Assembly (NCBI GenBank): GCA_034670305.1
Contig: JAXMNT010000005.1
Location: forward strand, 96,001 to 160,000
Length of the DNA: 64,000 nt
Reading direction: 5' to 3'
Source: Deltaproteobacteria bacterium
Lineage (GTDB): Bacteria; Myxococcota_A; Polyangia; Polyangiales; Houyiibacteriaceae
The notes under the pieces were generated by a model. The model was not told the DNA's origin and did not search any database. It was given only the letters and a program-made list of their open reading frames with translations. Within the stretch, counting starts at the first letter, position 1. Each line of letters opens with the position of its first letter. Below are positions 9,493-20,510 of this stretch, piece by piece. A program made the translations under genes and the position numbers.

Positions 9493-10914
9493 CTACTCGC
9501 CGACGCGGCGGTAGGTCGTGTCGTAGAGGCGGATGCGGTTTCCGCCGAACACCCGGACGCTCAACACACCGCAGGCGTCGACGCGGAACGGGACGATCGT
9601 GCGGGGGAACATGCCTTCGGTGTTCGACTGGGTGACCGAGCCGACTTCCATTCCGTCGATGAACACGGTGAAGGTCCAGGTGCCGCGGGCGCCCCAGAAG
9701 AACTCCGCTTCGTATGCGCCAGGCGGGAGCGGCGCGCGCGGGCCGTCGCTGATCACCGCACAGGAAGGCGTGCCGGCGCTGGCCACGTAACACCAATCGT
9801 CCGGTGCACAGGCGCTGCCGCACTCGTGCGTGTAGAGCATCGAGTCGGGGTTGATGGAGATCGTGTCGACTTCGAACTCGCCGCACGCGCTCTGTCCGCA
9901 ACCCGACGGGTTGCATCGGCGCACGCCGGGGAAGATGCCGCACGCGGTGCACCGGGTGGTCGAGCCGGGGAAACACAGCGTCTCGGACGCGCCGTCGCAG
10001 TCGTCGTCGAGTCCGTTGCAGCGTTCCGGTGCGCCTGGGTAGATCAGCGGATCGCCGTCGTCGCAGTCGCTCTCGAGATCGCACCCGGCCGGCGAGCTCG
10101 GCGGGAAGCCATCGCCGTCGCCGTCCTCCAAGAACGACGCGCAGCCGTCCTCGCCGCACATGTCGCTGGTGCATGCGTCGCCGTCGTCGCACGCGTCGTC
10201 GTCCGGATCGAACACGCAGCCGAGCCCCGGCTCGCAGCGATCGATCGTGCAGGAGAGGTCGTCGCCGCAGCGGCCATCTCGGGGCAGGAACTCGCAGCCG
10301 TCGGCACGGCAGCGGTTCACCGTGCAGTCGAATCCGTCGTCGCACCGCTCGTCGATCGTCTCGCTCTCGCAGCGACCGGTGTCCGGATCGCAACGGTCCT
10401 CGGTGCAGTCCACCGAGTCGTCGCACCTGGGCGGCTCGCCAAGCTGGCACACACCGGTCGCGCGGTCGCAGGTCTCCTCGCCGTTGCAGAGATCTCCGTC
10501 TTCGCACTCGCGGTCGTTGCGACACCCGATGTCCACGCAGCCGCGCACCGGGTCGCAGGTCGCGTCTCCGGCGCAGAGTCCGTCGTCCGGATCGAACACG
10601 CAGCCGTCGTCTTCGCAGGTGTCCACCGTGCAGGGCACGCCGTCGTCGCACCCATCGGGACAGGGACCCGCGTCCATGCCCGCGTCGGACCCGCCCGTGT
10701 CGCGGCCGCCGGTGTCGAAGCCACCCGTGTCGAGCAGCGGGGTGTCGGGCAGGGCGCCGTCCGGCAACCGAGCATCCACACCGCCGCCGTCCACGCCGCC
10801 GACATCGCTCCCCGAGCCGAGCAACGACTCGTCCGGATCGATGATCGCACTGCACCCCGCCAGCGCCGAAGCCAACACAAGTCCAGCCGCCCGCACCCAA
10901 GCACACTCACCCAT
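9493..10914 (-). CDS. Cys-rich repeat lipoprotein (CDDG..CT.D.C repeats plus myxobacterial putative metal-binding motif)
   Basis: Lipobox LAGC; CDDGVPCTVDTC-type repeats; DGDGDGF...DCDD...YPGAPERCNGLDDDCDG; start set at ATG 10914. Confidence 0.8.
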   Translation of the reverse strand: MGECAWVRAAGLVLASALAGCSAIIDPDESLLGSGSDVGGVDGGGVDARLPDGALPDTPLLDTGGFDTGGRDTGGSDAGMDAGPCPDGCDDGVPCTVDTCEDDGCVFDPDDGLCAGDATCDPVRGCVDIGCRNDRECEDGDLCNGEETCDRATGVCQLGEPPRCDDSVDCTEDRCDPDTGRCESETIDERCDDGFDCTVNRCRADGCEFLPRDGRCGDDLSCTIDRCEPGLGCVFDPDDDACDDGDACTSDMCGEDGCASFLEDGDGDGFPPSSPAGCDLESDCDDGDPLIYPGAPERCNGLDDDCDGASETLCFPGSTTRCTACGIFPGVRRCNPSGCGQSACGEFEVDTISINPDSMLYTHECGSACAPDDWCYVASAGTPSCAVISDGPRAPLPPGAYEAEFFWGARGTWTFTVFIDGMEVGSVTQSNTEGMFPRTIVPFRVDACGVLSVRVFGGNRIRLYDTTYRRVGE

Positions 10915-10999
10915 GCCGCCCAGTGTGCCCCGACCGGCGGTGAGTTGCGAACGCACGCAACGAGCGCAACGAACCACGCGCTCAGGCGTATGCTGGTGC

Positions 11000-11878
11000 A
11001 TGTTCGAGACATTGCAGGCTGCGGTGGACATTCTTCGGCAGAGCCGGGGGCTTCGGGAGACGGCGGCGGCTTTGGTGCCCGCGCTCCGGGAGCGGCGGGT
11101 GCTCAACCTGGCTGCGCTGCCCGAGGTCGACGAGGGTGGCGCCGTGCGGGCGCTTCGACGGGCGCGCAACGAACTGAAGGGGCACCTGTCGGATGGCAAG
11201 TTCGACTACGCGTCGGTGCGATCGAGCGGCGCGTACGCGCGGCTGCAGGCGCTTGCGCCGGTGCTGCGGGAGACGACGCCCGAGGACCTGCCGACCGACG
11301 CCGATCGCATCGCGTTCTTCTTGAACGTCTACAACGTGCTCGCGCTGCACGGCGTGATCGCGCTCGACATCCAGAAGTCCGTGATGGAGGTGCCGGCGTT
11401 CTTCGACATCGTGGCCTACGACATCGGTGACGCCGTTCTGTCTCTGAACGAAATGGAGAATGGGGTGCTGCGCCTCAACGCGGGTCACCCAGCGACGGGG
11501 CGACCGACGCTCCCCGCGGACCACCCCGGACATGGCTTCGCGCCTTCGTACGTGGAGCCGCGCATCCATGCGTCGCTCGTGTGCGCATCGACCAGCTGCC
11601 CCGCGGTCGGCTTCTACGATCCGGAACACCTGGAGGCGCAGTTGGACCTGGCGACGCGTCATTGGGTGAACGCGGACGTGCGGGTGGTGGGCGGCGAACT
11701 GCACTTGCCAGCGATGTTCCGCTGGTACGAGGCGGACTTCGGTGGCGGCAAGGCCGGGGTCGAAGCGTTCGTGCTGCACCACGCCGACCCACCTCTGCGT
11801 GATGCGATCGACCGCGCCATCCACGCCGGCGCCCGCCACCGACACACCCGCTACGACTGGTCGCTCAACCGGCTCTGA
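11000..11878 (+). CDS. DUF547 domain protein
   Basis: AFFLNVYN, SLNEMENGVLR, EPRIHASLVCASTSCP, FRWYEADF, YDWSLN. Confidence 0.85.
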   Translation: MFETLQAAVDILRQSRGLRETAAALVPALRERRVLNLAALPEVDEGGAVRALRRARNELKGHLSDGKFDYASVRSSGAYARLQALAPVLRETTPEDLPTDADRIAFFLNVYNVLALHGVIALDIQKSVMEVPAFFDIVAYDIGDAVLSLNEMENGVLRLNAGHPATGRPTLPADHPGHGFAPSYVEPRIHASLVCASTSCPAVGFYDPEHLEAQLDLATRHWVNADVRVVGGELHLPAMFRWYEADFGGGKAGVEAFVLHHADPPLRDAIDRAIHAGARHRHTRYDWSLNRL

Positions 11879-11904
11879 GCGTTGCCGGTCTCGGAGGCGG
11901 ACGA

Positions 11905-12052
11905 GATCGCATCGGCATCGGCTTCGGGATCGGCTTCGGCTTCGGCTTCGGCTTCGGCTTCGGGATCGGCTTCGGGATCGGCTTCGCAATCGGGATCGGC
12001 TTCGAGAGCCAGAGGGCAAGGGCACGGGCAAGGGCACGGGCAAGGGCGGGGG
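11905..12052. repeat. bipartite hexamer repeat (GCTTCG/GGATCG)n-(GGGCAA/GGGCAC)n
   Basis: Visible tandem hexamers. Confidence 0.8.
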
Positions 12053-12099
12053 CACGCACCACGGCTTGACGGCGCGGTTGGCGTGGCGCACTTTCCTCT

Positions 12100-12248
12100 C
12101 GCGTATCGAGTCTCCTACGGGAGACCGGCCTCGGGAGAGACAACCTGAGGTCGAACGGGGAAGCCGGTGAAAGACCGGCGCGGACCCGCCACGGTAAGTG
12201 GACCTCCTCATGGAGGTTCCACGAGCCCGACACCCACTCGAAAGCGCG
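12100..12248 (+). promoter_or_regulatory. cobalamin riboswitch
   Basis: GGGAAgccGGTGaaagaCCGGcgcggacCCGCCACgGTAA core, B12-box-like GAGCCCGACACC, closing TCGAGT/ACTCGA helix. Downstream of TTGACG-N17-CACTTT and upstream of a TonB-dependent receptor. Confidence 0.85.
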
Positions 12249-12335
12249 CTCCCTCACACGCCTCGGGGATGGCGATCGGGACCGTCGGTCTCATGAGCCG
12301 AGTGCGGTCCGGGTCCTCGAGTCGGGACCCGATCG

Positions 12336-14636
12336 ATGACCCCCCGCACCCTCCTGCCGATTCTGTGGATCGCTGTCGCACTGTTTGGTGCGCGGGCCGT
12401 GGTGCAGGCGCAGCCGGAACCGGAAGCGGAAGCGGCAGCGGGAGCGGGAGCGGAAGCCGACGCCGACGCCGAAGCCGACGCCGAAGCCGAAGCCGAAGCC
12501 GACGCCGACGCCGACGCCGAAGCCGAAGCCGACGCCGAAGCCGACGCCGAAGCCGACGCCGACGCCGACGCCGAAGCCGAAGCCGAAGCCGACGCCGAAG
12601 CCGACGCCGAAGCCGACGCCGACGCCGAAGCCGAAGCCGACGCCGAAGCCGAATCCGAAGCCGACGCCGAAGCCGACGCCGAAGCCGAAGCCGATCCCGA
12701 TTCCCACGCTGCCTTCGGGGCCAGCGCCGTCGTCTCGGTGCCGAGTGAGGTGGATGCGACGGCGGCGTCGACGGTGGTGTCTGCGCGGGATCGGGTGGCG
12801 GCGGATGCGCAGCTGGAGGAGTTGCTGTTCGAAGTGCCCGGCGCGCATGTGATGCAGACCGGTGGGCTTGGATCGTTCCGCTCGTTGGCGCTTCGCGGCG
12901 GTGAACTCGGGCACACCCAGTTGGTGCTGGGCGACGTGCCGCTCACCGGGCCGGACACCGGCTTTCCGGATCTCTCCGTCTTTCCGCTCGACGCGTTCGA
13001 TCGCATCCAGGTCTACCGTGGGGGCGCGCCGGTCGCGCTCGGATCCGGCGCGATCGGTGGCGTGCTTCGGTTGATGCCGCGCGACGATCGGGCCCAGGCG
13101 CTGCGGCTCTCGGTGTCGGGTGGTTCGTTCGGATCGTGGCGGGTCGACAGCTCGGCCAGCGTGCGTGCGGGACGCACCCACTTCACCGGCGCGGTCGGCA
13201 TGCGCGGCAGCCGAGGCGACTACCCCTACCTGGACGACAACGCGACCGCGTTCGATCCGAGCGACGACACCGAGCGACGACGCGCCAACGCGGAAGCGAC
13301 CGCCGGGCACGTGCTCCTGCACAGCACCACGCAACTGCGGAACAACACAGAGGTCGACGCGATGGTGCTCGCTACCTCGCTGCAAACCGGCGTGCCCGGC
13401 GCCGGCGCGACGCGTGCGCTCGACGCCCAACGCAGCGACGTTCGGCTGACCGGTTCGCTCGGCGTGCGGCACACCGTGGGCCCCGCGCGCTTTCACTGGA
13501 TGGCGGCGAGCGGGACGCGGCGGCACCGCTTCACCGATCTGCACAGCGAGGTCGGCGCGGGGTTTCAATCCACCGACGACCGCACCCGCTTCGGCATTCT
13601 ACGCGGCACCGCGCTGGTTCGGCTCGCGCCTTACCTCGACTCGACCGCGCTCGTCTCGTACCGGCGCGATGGGTACCGGCCGGAGAACACCCTCGGTCCG
13701 GACGAACGCCCATCGCACCGAGACACGATCGCGGGCGCCGCCGAGCTGCGCCTGCACGGACCCCTCGGCCGGTGGCGGTTCGAGCTTCGGCCCTCGACGC
13801 GGATCGAACACAGCCGCACCCGCGCACGCGAACACGTACCCGGGTTGCCACAGCGAAGCTTCGACCTCGACGTCACCCGACCGACCTTCCGCGTCGGCGC
13901 CGCGATCGCGCCGACGCATGGTGTGCGCTTCGTGGCGAGCGTGTCCCAGGGCACCCGGCTGCCATCGCTGCTCGAACTCTTTGGCGATCGCGGCGCGCTG
14001 GTCGGCAACGGGGAACTCTCGCCCGAGCGCGGCCGCACCGTGGACGGCGGCGTGTTGCTCCGCGGCGCCAAAGGGCCGGTGTTCGGGAGCCTCGAGGCGC
14101 GCGGCTTCCGGCTCGATCTCGAAGACCTGATCCGCTACCGGCCGATCACCAACTTCACCGCCAAAGCGCAGAACATCCTCTCCGCTTCGGTGCGCGGACT
14201 CGAGATGGGCACCCGCGGCAGCATCGGGTCCCGCACCGCCTCGTTCGGATTGAGCAGCACCCTGACTTGGCTGCGCAGCGAGACGAACTCTGGCGCCGAG
14301 CTCAACTGGCGGCCGCGGCTGCGCGCGCAAGTGCAACCCGAACTGCGCCTGAGCAGCACCGAGAGCGGACCGAACCGCTGGCGCTTCGTCGTGTTCGGTT
14401 CGCTTGTGCACCGCGGCACCTACTTCCACGACCCGGCCAACCTCGTCTCGATCGAAGCGCGCAACTGGCTCGGTGCCGGCGCGCGCGTCGAACTGACCCG
14501 CCCGAGCGGCACCTGGTCGCTCGCGTTGAGCGCCCGCGACCTGCTCGACCAGCGCGGCCAAGACCTCCTCGGCTTCCCCCTTCCCGGCCGGCGGTTCTCC
14601 GCCGAGGTCGGCTATCGACTCCCCCTCTCCCCCTAG
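12336..14636 (+). CDS. btuB: TonB-dependent receptor, probable vitamin B12 transporter
   Basis: Plug motifs ([18 protein letters not shown]), LSPERG, PGRRF at the C-terminus; cobalamin riboswitch upstream. Confidence 0.8.
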   Translation: MTPRTLLPILWIAVALFGARAVVQAQPEPEAEAAAGAGAEADADAEADAEAEAEADADADAEAEADAEADAEADADADAEAEAEADAEADAEADADAEAEADAEAESEADAEADAEAEADPDSHAAFGASAVVSVPSEVDATAASTVVSARDRVAADAQLEELLFEVPGAHVMQTGGLGSFRSLALRGGELGHTQLVLGDVPLTGPDTGFPDLSVFPLDAFDRIQVYRGGAPVALGSGAIGGVLRLMPRDDRAQALRLSVSGGSFGSWRVDSSASVRAGRTHFTGAVGMRGSRGDYPYLDDNATAFDPSDDTERRRANAEATAGHVLLHSTTQLRNNTEVDAMVLATSLQTGVPGAGATRALDAQRSDVRLTGSLGVRHTVGPARFHWMAASGTRRHRFTDLHSEVGAGFQSTDDRTRFGILRGTALVRLAPYLDSTALVSYRRDGYRPENTLGPDERPSHRDTIAGAAELRLHGPLGRWRFELRPSTRIEHSRTRAREHVPGLPQRSFDLDVTRPTFRVGAAIAPTHGVRFVASVSQGTRLPSLLELFGDRGALVGNGELSPERGRTVDGGVLLRGAKGPVFGSLEARGFRLDLEDLIRYRPITNFTAKAQNILSASVRGLEMGTRGSIGSRTASFGLSSTLTWLRSETNSGAELNWRPRLRAQVQPELRLSSTESGPNRWRFVVFGSLVHRGTYFHDPANLVSIEARNWLGAGARVELTRPSGTWSLALSARDLLDQRGQDLLGFPLPGRRFSAEVGYRLPLSP

Positions 14637-14655
14637 CGCTCCAAAGAACGAATCC

Positions 14656-16056
14656 ATGAACAAGCTTCTCTGCTCCCTCCTTTGTGTAGGCCTGCTCGCC
14701 GGTTGTGGCGACGACGACTCGACGACCCTCGACGCGGGCACCGACGCCATGGTCGCCGACGCACCCGAGACGCCGGACGCGAACACCGACACCGGACCCA
14801 TGCCCGACGGGGGATCGGACGCCGGCACCGACGCGGGCCCGAGCGCCTGCGAAGCCGCCGAGTCCGTGCTCGACCCGCTCTCCGGCACCCCGCGCTTTGC
14901 GGTGCTCGGCAGCGACTACACCAGCACCTCGATCGCCATCCTGGACGACGCCGGCGACGTGCTCGACGACGCCTGGCTCGACTCCGGCACGACCGCACCC
15001 GGTCTCGTCGCGGCGCTCGGCGGAGACGTGGTGTTGCCCGGCCAGGCGCCCGGCACCCTGACGGTACTCGACCGCTTCGGGGCCGACGTCGTCTCCCGCT
15101 TCTGCTTCAACGGCAACCTCCTTGGCCAGGTCCGCCTCGGGCCGGGCGAAGGCTTCAGCGCCAACCCGCACGACGTCGGCATGTTCGAAGGCGGCGCCAC
15201 CGCCTGGGCCACGCGCCACGAGCGCAACGCCGACCGCGACGCGGCGGACCTCGGCAACGATCTGATCGAGTTCGATCCCACCGCGCTCACCCGGCTCGAA
15301 GGCCGGGTCGCGTTCGACGAGTTCGACGCGGTCGTCACCGGACGCACCACCGAAGGCGCCGACGTCGACGTGCAGATCCGCGCGCGGCCGAGCGGCATCG
15401 CAGCCGCCGGTGGACGACTCGTCGTCGGCCTCTCGCTCCTCCCGGAGAACCTCTTCGGCGACGACCGTGGACATGGCGCCGGCGCCGTCGCCGTCGTCGA
15501 CATCGCCGGCACCATCGAGCGCGTCGACCTCGCGCCACTCGCCGACTGCGGCGTGGTCTTGCCGGTGCCCGGCACCCTCGACGAAGTGATCGTCGCCTGC
15601 AACGGCTACAGCGACGCGGGCTTCGGCGAAGAGACCGGCACCCGCGCGACGGCCGGCCTCGTGCGGCTTCGAGTCGGCGCGGAGGGCACCACCGAAGTCG
15701 ACCGCTGGGACGCCGAGTCCGACGAGTTCTCCGCCCTCTCGACCTGGTCCCCGATCCCGCTCGGTGGCCCGTTCGTGCTCGCGATCGCGCTGCCCGACTT
15801 CGCCAGCACCTTCGTGGATGAGCTCTACCTCGTGAACGTAGCCACCGGGACCCAGACCCTCGCGTTCGAAGCCGACGGTGCGTTCGTGCTCGGCCAAGGC
15901 GCGCTGGCCGGCACGCTCGTCCTGCTTCCCGACGCCACCGAAGACGCCGCCACCGTCCACCGCCTCACCTGGGACGGCAGCACCCTGACGGAGACCGCGT
16001 CGGTCGACGTCGGCCCCGCCTCCCTCCCGCCCCGAAGCGTGATCGCACTGCAGTAG
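14656..16056 (+). CDS. surface lipoprotein, beta-rich, co-transcribed with btuB
   Basis: Lipobox LLAGC, DAG-rich linker, NPHDV and RPSG propeller-like motifs; starts 19 bp after btuB. Confidence 0.75.
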   Translation: MNKLLCSLLCVGLLAGCGDDDSTTLDAGTDAMVADAPETPDANTDTGPMPDGGSDAGTDAGPSACEAAESVLDPLSGTPRFAVLGSDYTSTSIAILDDAGDVLDDAWLDSGTTAPGLVAALGGDVVLPGQAPGTLTVLDRFGADVVSRFCFNGNLLGQVRLGPGEGFSANPHDVGMFEGGATAWATRHERNADRDAADLGNDLIEFDPTALTRLEGRVAFDEFDAVVTGRTTEGADVDVQIRARPSGIAAAGGRLVVGLSLLPENLFGDDRGHGAGAVAVVDIAGTIERVDLAPLADCGVVLPVPGTLDEVIVACNGYSDAGFGEETGTRATAGLVRLRVGAEGTTEVDRWDAESDEFSALSTWSPIPLGGPFVLAIALPDFASTFVDELYLVNVATGTQTLAFEADGAFVLGQGALAGTLVLLPDATEDAATVHRLTWDGSTLTETASVDVGPASLPPRSVIALQ

Positions 16057-16071
16057 GATCGGCGTCCGCCT

Positions 16072-16248
16072 CCGTGTCCGGCGTCGGCCTCGGCGTCGGC
16101 CTCGTCGGCGTCGGCCTCGTCGGCTTCGGCGTCGACTTCGGCGTCGGCGTCGGCTTCGGCGTCGGTGTCGGCGTCGGCGTCGGCCTCGGCCTCGGCGTCG
16201 GATTCGGCCTCAGCGTCGGCCTCGGCCTCGGCGTCCGCATCCGCGTCC
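16072..16248. repeat. (GCGTCG/GCCTCG/GCTTCG)n hexamer tract
   Basis: Intergenic tandem hexamers. Confidence 0.8.
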
Positions 16249-16380
16249 CGTTCCGGCCGTGTCACCGGGACGGGGTTTGGGGCTGTGCCCCCAAGGAATG
16301 TTCCCGCCTGTTTGTTGGTTTGAATCGGACACTGTTTGTGGACTTTCGCGCATTGCGCGCGGGCGCTACACTGGGTGGTC

Positions 16381-17862
16381 ATGGGGATCGAAGCAGCGCT
16401 TCGGAGGCGGTCGACGTCGTCCGACATCGCGCTGGTGCACGGCGAAGTGTCGTGGACCTTTGCGCAACTCTTCGAGCAGGCCTCGCAGTGGGCGGAGATC
16501 CTCACCGCCCGAGGCGTCGACGCAGGCGATCGGGTGCTGCTGCACACCACCAAGCAACTCGACACCGTCGCGGCGCTCTACGGCATCTGGCAGGCCGGTG
16601 CGGTGGCCGTCCCGATGGCGCCTGACACCCGCGCCCGGGGACGTGCGCACCTGCACGCGAACTCCGGTGCCTCCCACATCGTGACGGAAGAACGCTACCG
16701 CACGCTGTGGCCGGACGCGCTGCTCCTGGAACACCGCGACGAGTACACCCGCACCGCCGTGGTCGAAGCGCACGCGGCCGACGCGAACGCGGGCCTGGCC
16801 ATTCTGCTCTACACGAGTGGCTCGACCGGGCGGCCGAAGGGCATCGCGATCACCCACGACAACCTGATCGCTGGGGCGCGCATCGTATCGGGCTACCTCG
16901 AGCTCACGGCAGCGGACCGGATTCTCTCCGTGTTGCCGCTGCACTTCGACTACGGACTCAATCAGCTTCTGTGCGCCGTCGAGGTCGGGTGCGCCCTCGT
17001 CCTTCAACGCAGCAGTCACCCCGGCCGGATCGTGCAAACATTGGTGGACGCCGAGATCAGTGTGCTCGCCGGCGTGCCACCACTGTGGCACCTGCTGCTC
17101 CAACCCGGTTCACCGATCGCCGACGCGCCCCTGCGGCTCCTCACCAACAGCGGCGGCGCGTTCCCCGCCAAGCTGCTCGCGACCACGCAGCGGGTGCTTC
17201 CCAAGAGCGCACTCGTGCTCATGTACGGGCTGACCGAAGCGTTCCGCTCGACCTACCTTCCGCCGGGCGAACTCGCGAGCCGGGGGCCGATCCTCGGGCG
17301 CGCGATCCCCGAGACCGAGATCGATGTGGTCGACGGCGAAGGCCGGCGGTGTCCGCCCGGCGTGGAGGGGGAGCTCATTCACCGCGGCCCCACCGTCGCG
17401 CGCGGTTACCACGACGATCCCGATGCGACGGCGCGGGTGTTCCGAGAAGATCCTCTCGGCCGCGGGGGCACCGTCGTCTTCAGCGGCGACACCGTCTGGT
17501 GCGACGAAGACGGCTACTTCACCTACGTCGGACGGCGCGATCAACAGCTCCAATGTTTCGCGCAACGGGTCTGCCCGGAGGAGGTCGAGCAGGTGCTGCT
17601 CACCCATCCACGCGTGGAAGAAGCCGTGGTCGGTGGTGTCCCGAGCGAGGTCGCCGGCACCCGGGTGGTCGCCCACGTGGTCGCAGTGCCGCTCGATGAA
17701 GAAGCGCTGCTCGACTGGTGCCGAGAGGTGCTGCCGCCGCATGAGCAGCCCCTGGCCATCGTGGTGCACCGCGCCTTTCCGACCACGCGCAGCGGCAAGA
17801 CCGATCGGGCCGCGGTGCTCGAGACGCCGCTGCCGGCGCCGAAGGTCCCGGGGTTCCATTGA
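16381..17862 (+). CDS. AMP-binding acyl-CoA ligase (ANL superfamily)
   Basis: YTSGSTGRPKG, MYGLTEAFRSTYL, SGD, SGKTDR. Confidence 0.88.
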   Translation: MGIEAALRRRSTSSDIALVHGEVSWTFAQLFEQASQWAEILTARGVDAGDRVLLHTTKQLDTVAALYGIWQAGAVAVPMAPDTRARGRAHLHANSGASHIVTEERYRTLWPDALLLEHRDEYTRTAVVEAHAADANAGLAILLYTSGSTGRPKGIAITHDNLIAGARIVSGYLELTAADRILSVLPLHFDYGLNQLLCAVEVGCALVLQRSSHPGRIVQTLVDAEISVLAGVPPLWHLLLQPGSPIADAPLRLLTNSGGAFPAKLLATTQRVLPKSALVLMYGLTEAFRSTYLPPGELASRGPILGRAIPETEIDVVDGEGRRCPPGVEGELIHRGPTVARGYHDDPDATARVFREDPLGRGGTVVFSGDTVWCDEDGYFTYVGRRDQQLQCFAQRVCPEEVEQVLLTHPRVEEAVVGGVPSEVAGTRVVAHVVAVPLDEEALLDWCREVLPPHEQPLAIVVHRAFPTTRSGKTDRAAVLETPLPAPKVPGFH

Positions 17863-17978
17863 CGTTGCAAGAGGGGTCGCACGTGTGGGCGACGGGGCTC
17901 GAACCGCAGGAGCGTTTCGATCGCCGCCGCCAGGTGAAGTCGTGCTTCCGACTCGGTCGCCACCGCACGGCCTGAACG

Positions 17979-19436
17979 TCAGCGTTTGCCCGCGCGCATC
18001 GTGCGAAGGATCCGATCGACCGTGTCGCGTTCGTCGTCGAGCTGCGCGTCCTCGAGCACCTGTCGATCGAACCGCAGGTAGCGCCGGGCTTCTTGGAGCT
18101 GTGCGATCGCCCGATCTTGCTGACCGGCCTCCCAAGCCGTGAGTCCGACCCGCAGCCGCTCGCCGTACGACACCAATGCGTAGGCCAGGTAGGCGCCGTG
18201 CGATGGGAAGTCGGCGATCGCATCCGGCCGCAGGCTTCGGTGCTGCGTGCGCCGTTCCCCCGCGTAGCGCTGCCCGCTCTCGGGCAGGCGGTAGGAGAAA
18301 CGAATCGTCGCGTCGGCGTGCAGCGCTGCGTCGGAGCCCGGCACCGTGGGCGCGAGCCGCACCACCGCGCCCCGCCGAATCGGATCGAAGAACACGGTGG
18401 ACGCGCGGAACGTGGCGCTGCCATCCGGATGGAGCGACACCCGATCCCCCGGCACGCCGAACACCTCGGCGACGCGCAGACCGGGGCCCGGCTCGACCCG
18501 CACCTGTAGCCCGAGCGCCACCGGCATCACGAAACGCCGCAGATCCGAGAAGAGCGCCGCCGCGTCTTCGGGCCGCCAGAGGTAGTAGGACGCCGCGCCC
18601 TCCACCTGCGCCATCGTGTTGGCGAGCTCTGCGCCGAGATCGAGCCCCACGCCCACGACTGTCAGCCCGATGCTCTGCGCCGCGTGCGCGCCGATGAGCT
18701 CCAAGAAGTCGCCGCCTTCGGTGGCGCCCACGTTCGGTCGTTCGTCGGTCAACATCAGCACGCGCCGCAAACGCGGCAGCGCGTCGACCTCCGCCGCCCG
18801 CACCTGCGCGAACCCGAGCGAGAGCCCATCGTAGACGTTGGTGCCGCCGCGGATCTCGATGCCCTCCACCGCCTCGTGCAACTGCGCGCGATCGTCGACC
18901 GGCTGGGAAGGCGCGTGCACTTCGGCCTGCTCGTCGAAGGTCACGATCGAAAGCCGGTCCTCCGCATGCAGCGCGTCGATGAGCACGTGCGCCGCCTCTT
19001 TGGCCGCGTCGAGTTTCCACCCCTGCATCGATCCGGAGCGATCGACGACGAGCACCAGATCGAGGAGCGGCCGCTCGGTCGTCTCTGGATCGAACCCGCT
19101 GACCGGCTCGACCACCAGGTAGGCCGACTGTTCTCCGCTCGGCCGGTGCTGCCCATGCCCCATCGCACCGAGCACGCAGAAGCGACTCCCACACCGCTGG
19201 TCGCGCGCTGGGAAGTGGTGCTCGGCCAAGAGCCCCTCGATGTGGAACGCGTTGCTCGCAGGCACGTACCCCTCGGCCGCCTGCGCCCGCACGAGCGCGT
19301 CGTTGCTCCACCCACCGAAGCCGTCCTGCGCCTCCGCGAGCGGCGGCGCTCCGACCGCGAGCAAGAGCGCCGCTGCCCCCACCGCGACTCGGATCGCCCC
19401 ACGATTCACTTCACTGCCTTCGACCTGCCCACGCAT
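17979..19436 (-). CDS. secreted vWA domain protein (YfbK-like)
   Basis: Signal peptide; VVDRSGSM MIDAS, GGTN, LTDE. Confidence 0.85.
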   Translation of the reverse strand: MRGQVEGSEVNRGAIRVAVGAAALLLAVGAPPLAEAQDGFGGWSNDALVRAQAAEGYVPASNAFHIEGLLAEHHFPARDQRCGSRFCVLGAMGHGQHRPSGEQSAYLVVEPVSGFDPETTERPLLDLVLVVDRSGSMQGWKLDAAKEAAHVLIDALHAEDRLSIVTFDEQAEVHAPSQPVDDRAQLHEAVEGIEIRGGTNVYDGLSLGFAQVRAAEVDALPRLRRVLMLTDERPNVGATEGGDFLELIGAHAAQSIGLTVVGVGLDLGAELANTMAQVEGAASYYLWRPEDAAALFSDLRRFVMPVALGLQVRVEPGPGLRVAEVFGVPGDRVSLHPDGSATFRASTVFFDPIRRGAVVRLAPTVPGSDAALHADATIRFSYRLPESGQRYAGERRTQHRSLRPDAIADFPSHGAYLAYALVSYGERLRVGLTAWEAGQQDRAIAQLQEARRYLRFDRQVLEDAQLDDERDTVDRILRTMRAGKR

Positions 19437-19499
19437 CCGTCACCTCCAGGAAGGGAGGTGGGACGCACGAGGACCGCGACGGATCTATTCCGAGATGTT

Positions 19500-19708
19500 G
19501 GCGGCTTCGGGCTCGGCCTCGGGATCGGGGTCGGGGTCGGGGTCGGCTTCGGGTTCGGCTTCGGGATCGGGATCGGCTTCGGCTTCGCCTTCGGCTTCGG
19601 GATCGGGATCGGGATCTTCGGATACGACTTCCGGCTTCCTTCAAACACCAAAGGGCAAGGGCAGGGGCAAGGGCAGGGGCAAGGGCAGGGCAGGGCAGGG
19701 GCAAGGGA
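19500..19708. repeat. bipartite hexamer repeat (GCTTCG/GGATCG)n-(GGGCAA/GGGCAG)n
   Basis: Visible tandem hexamers. Confidence 0.8.
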
Positions 19709-19772
19709 CGTCCTCTCGACAGAAAAAGTTCGGGGTCCCCCGAGACATGTCACACCCCAGCCCTACTCTGGC

Positions 19773-19800
19773 TTGACGCTGCTCGTTTGTTCAGTACCTT
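19773..19800 (+). promoter_or_regulatory. sigma70-type promoter with Myxococcus-type LexA box
   Basis: CTGCTCGTTTGTTCAGT (19779-19795) matches the M. xanthus consensus CTRHAMRYBYGTTCAGS at 15/17 and lies between TTGACG and TACCTT. Confidence 0.75.
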
Positions 19801-19808
19801 GAGAGAGG

Positions 19809-20510
19809 GTGCCAGCCATGATCCCCCAGCCACACAGTCCCGCAACCATTGAAGAATTCGCCGAATCTGCCGGATCGGACAATTCCCTCAGCTGCGCTCC
19901 CGCAGCGCGATTGTCGGAGATCCGGGGCGGCCAGGGGCGCACCACGCTGGCCGCGCTCGAGATCTTGGCCGCCCAAACGCGAGGTGAACCGGTCGCATGG
20001 ATCCAGCCCCGGGCTTCCACTTCCCTCTACCCGCCGGACCTCGCGGCCATGGGCATCGATCTCGACACCCTCGTGGTGGTGAACGTGCCGCCCAAAGCCC
20101 TCGAGGTGCTGGCCGCGTCGGAGGTGCTGCTCCGATCCGGCGGCTTCGGACTGGTGGTCGCGGACCTGACCGGCAGCGGTTCCACCATCGCAACCCGCGC
20201 CACCTCTCGACTGGCCCGGCTGGCCCGTCAACACAGCGCACGCCTCTTGCTCCTGACCGAAGAGGGCGTGGGCGAAGTCGGACCGCTGGTCAGCCTCCGG
20301 GTGCGGCCAGCGCTCGAACGACAGGGAGACGACTTCCGTCTCCACGTCGAGATCGAACGCGACAAGACCACCGAAGCGGGCGGCAGCGCCGCGCCCGGGC
20401 GCGTGATGGTCCGTGGACCGGTCGGCGCGTCGGAAGCGGACCGCGTCACCACGAACCGAGACCGATCGAGCGGGACTTCGGTCGTGTCGATCCGCCGGAG
20501 GGTGGCATGA
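19809..20510 (+). CDS. imuA: ImuA/RecA-like mutasome accessory protein
   Basis: RLSEIRG, degenerate Walker A, LYPPDLAAMGIDLDTL, LLRSGGFGLVVAD; precedes imuB-dnaE2. Confidence 0.8.
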   Translation: MPAMIPQPHSPATIEEFAESAGSDNSLSCAPAARLSEIRGGQGRTTLAALEILAAQTRGEPVAWIQPRASTSLYPPDLAAMGIDLDTLVVVNVPPKALEVLAASEVLLRSGGFGLVVADLTGSGSTIATRATSRLARLARQHSARLLLLTEEGVGEVGPLVSLRVRPALERQGDDFRLHVEIERDKTTEAGGSAAPGRVMVRGPVGASEADRVTTNRDRSSGTSVVSIRRRVA

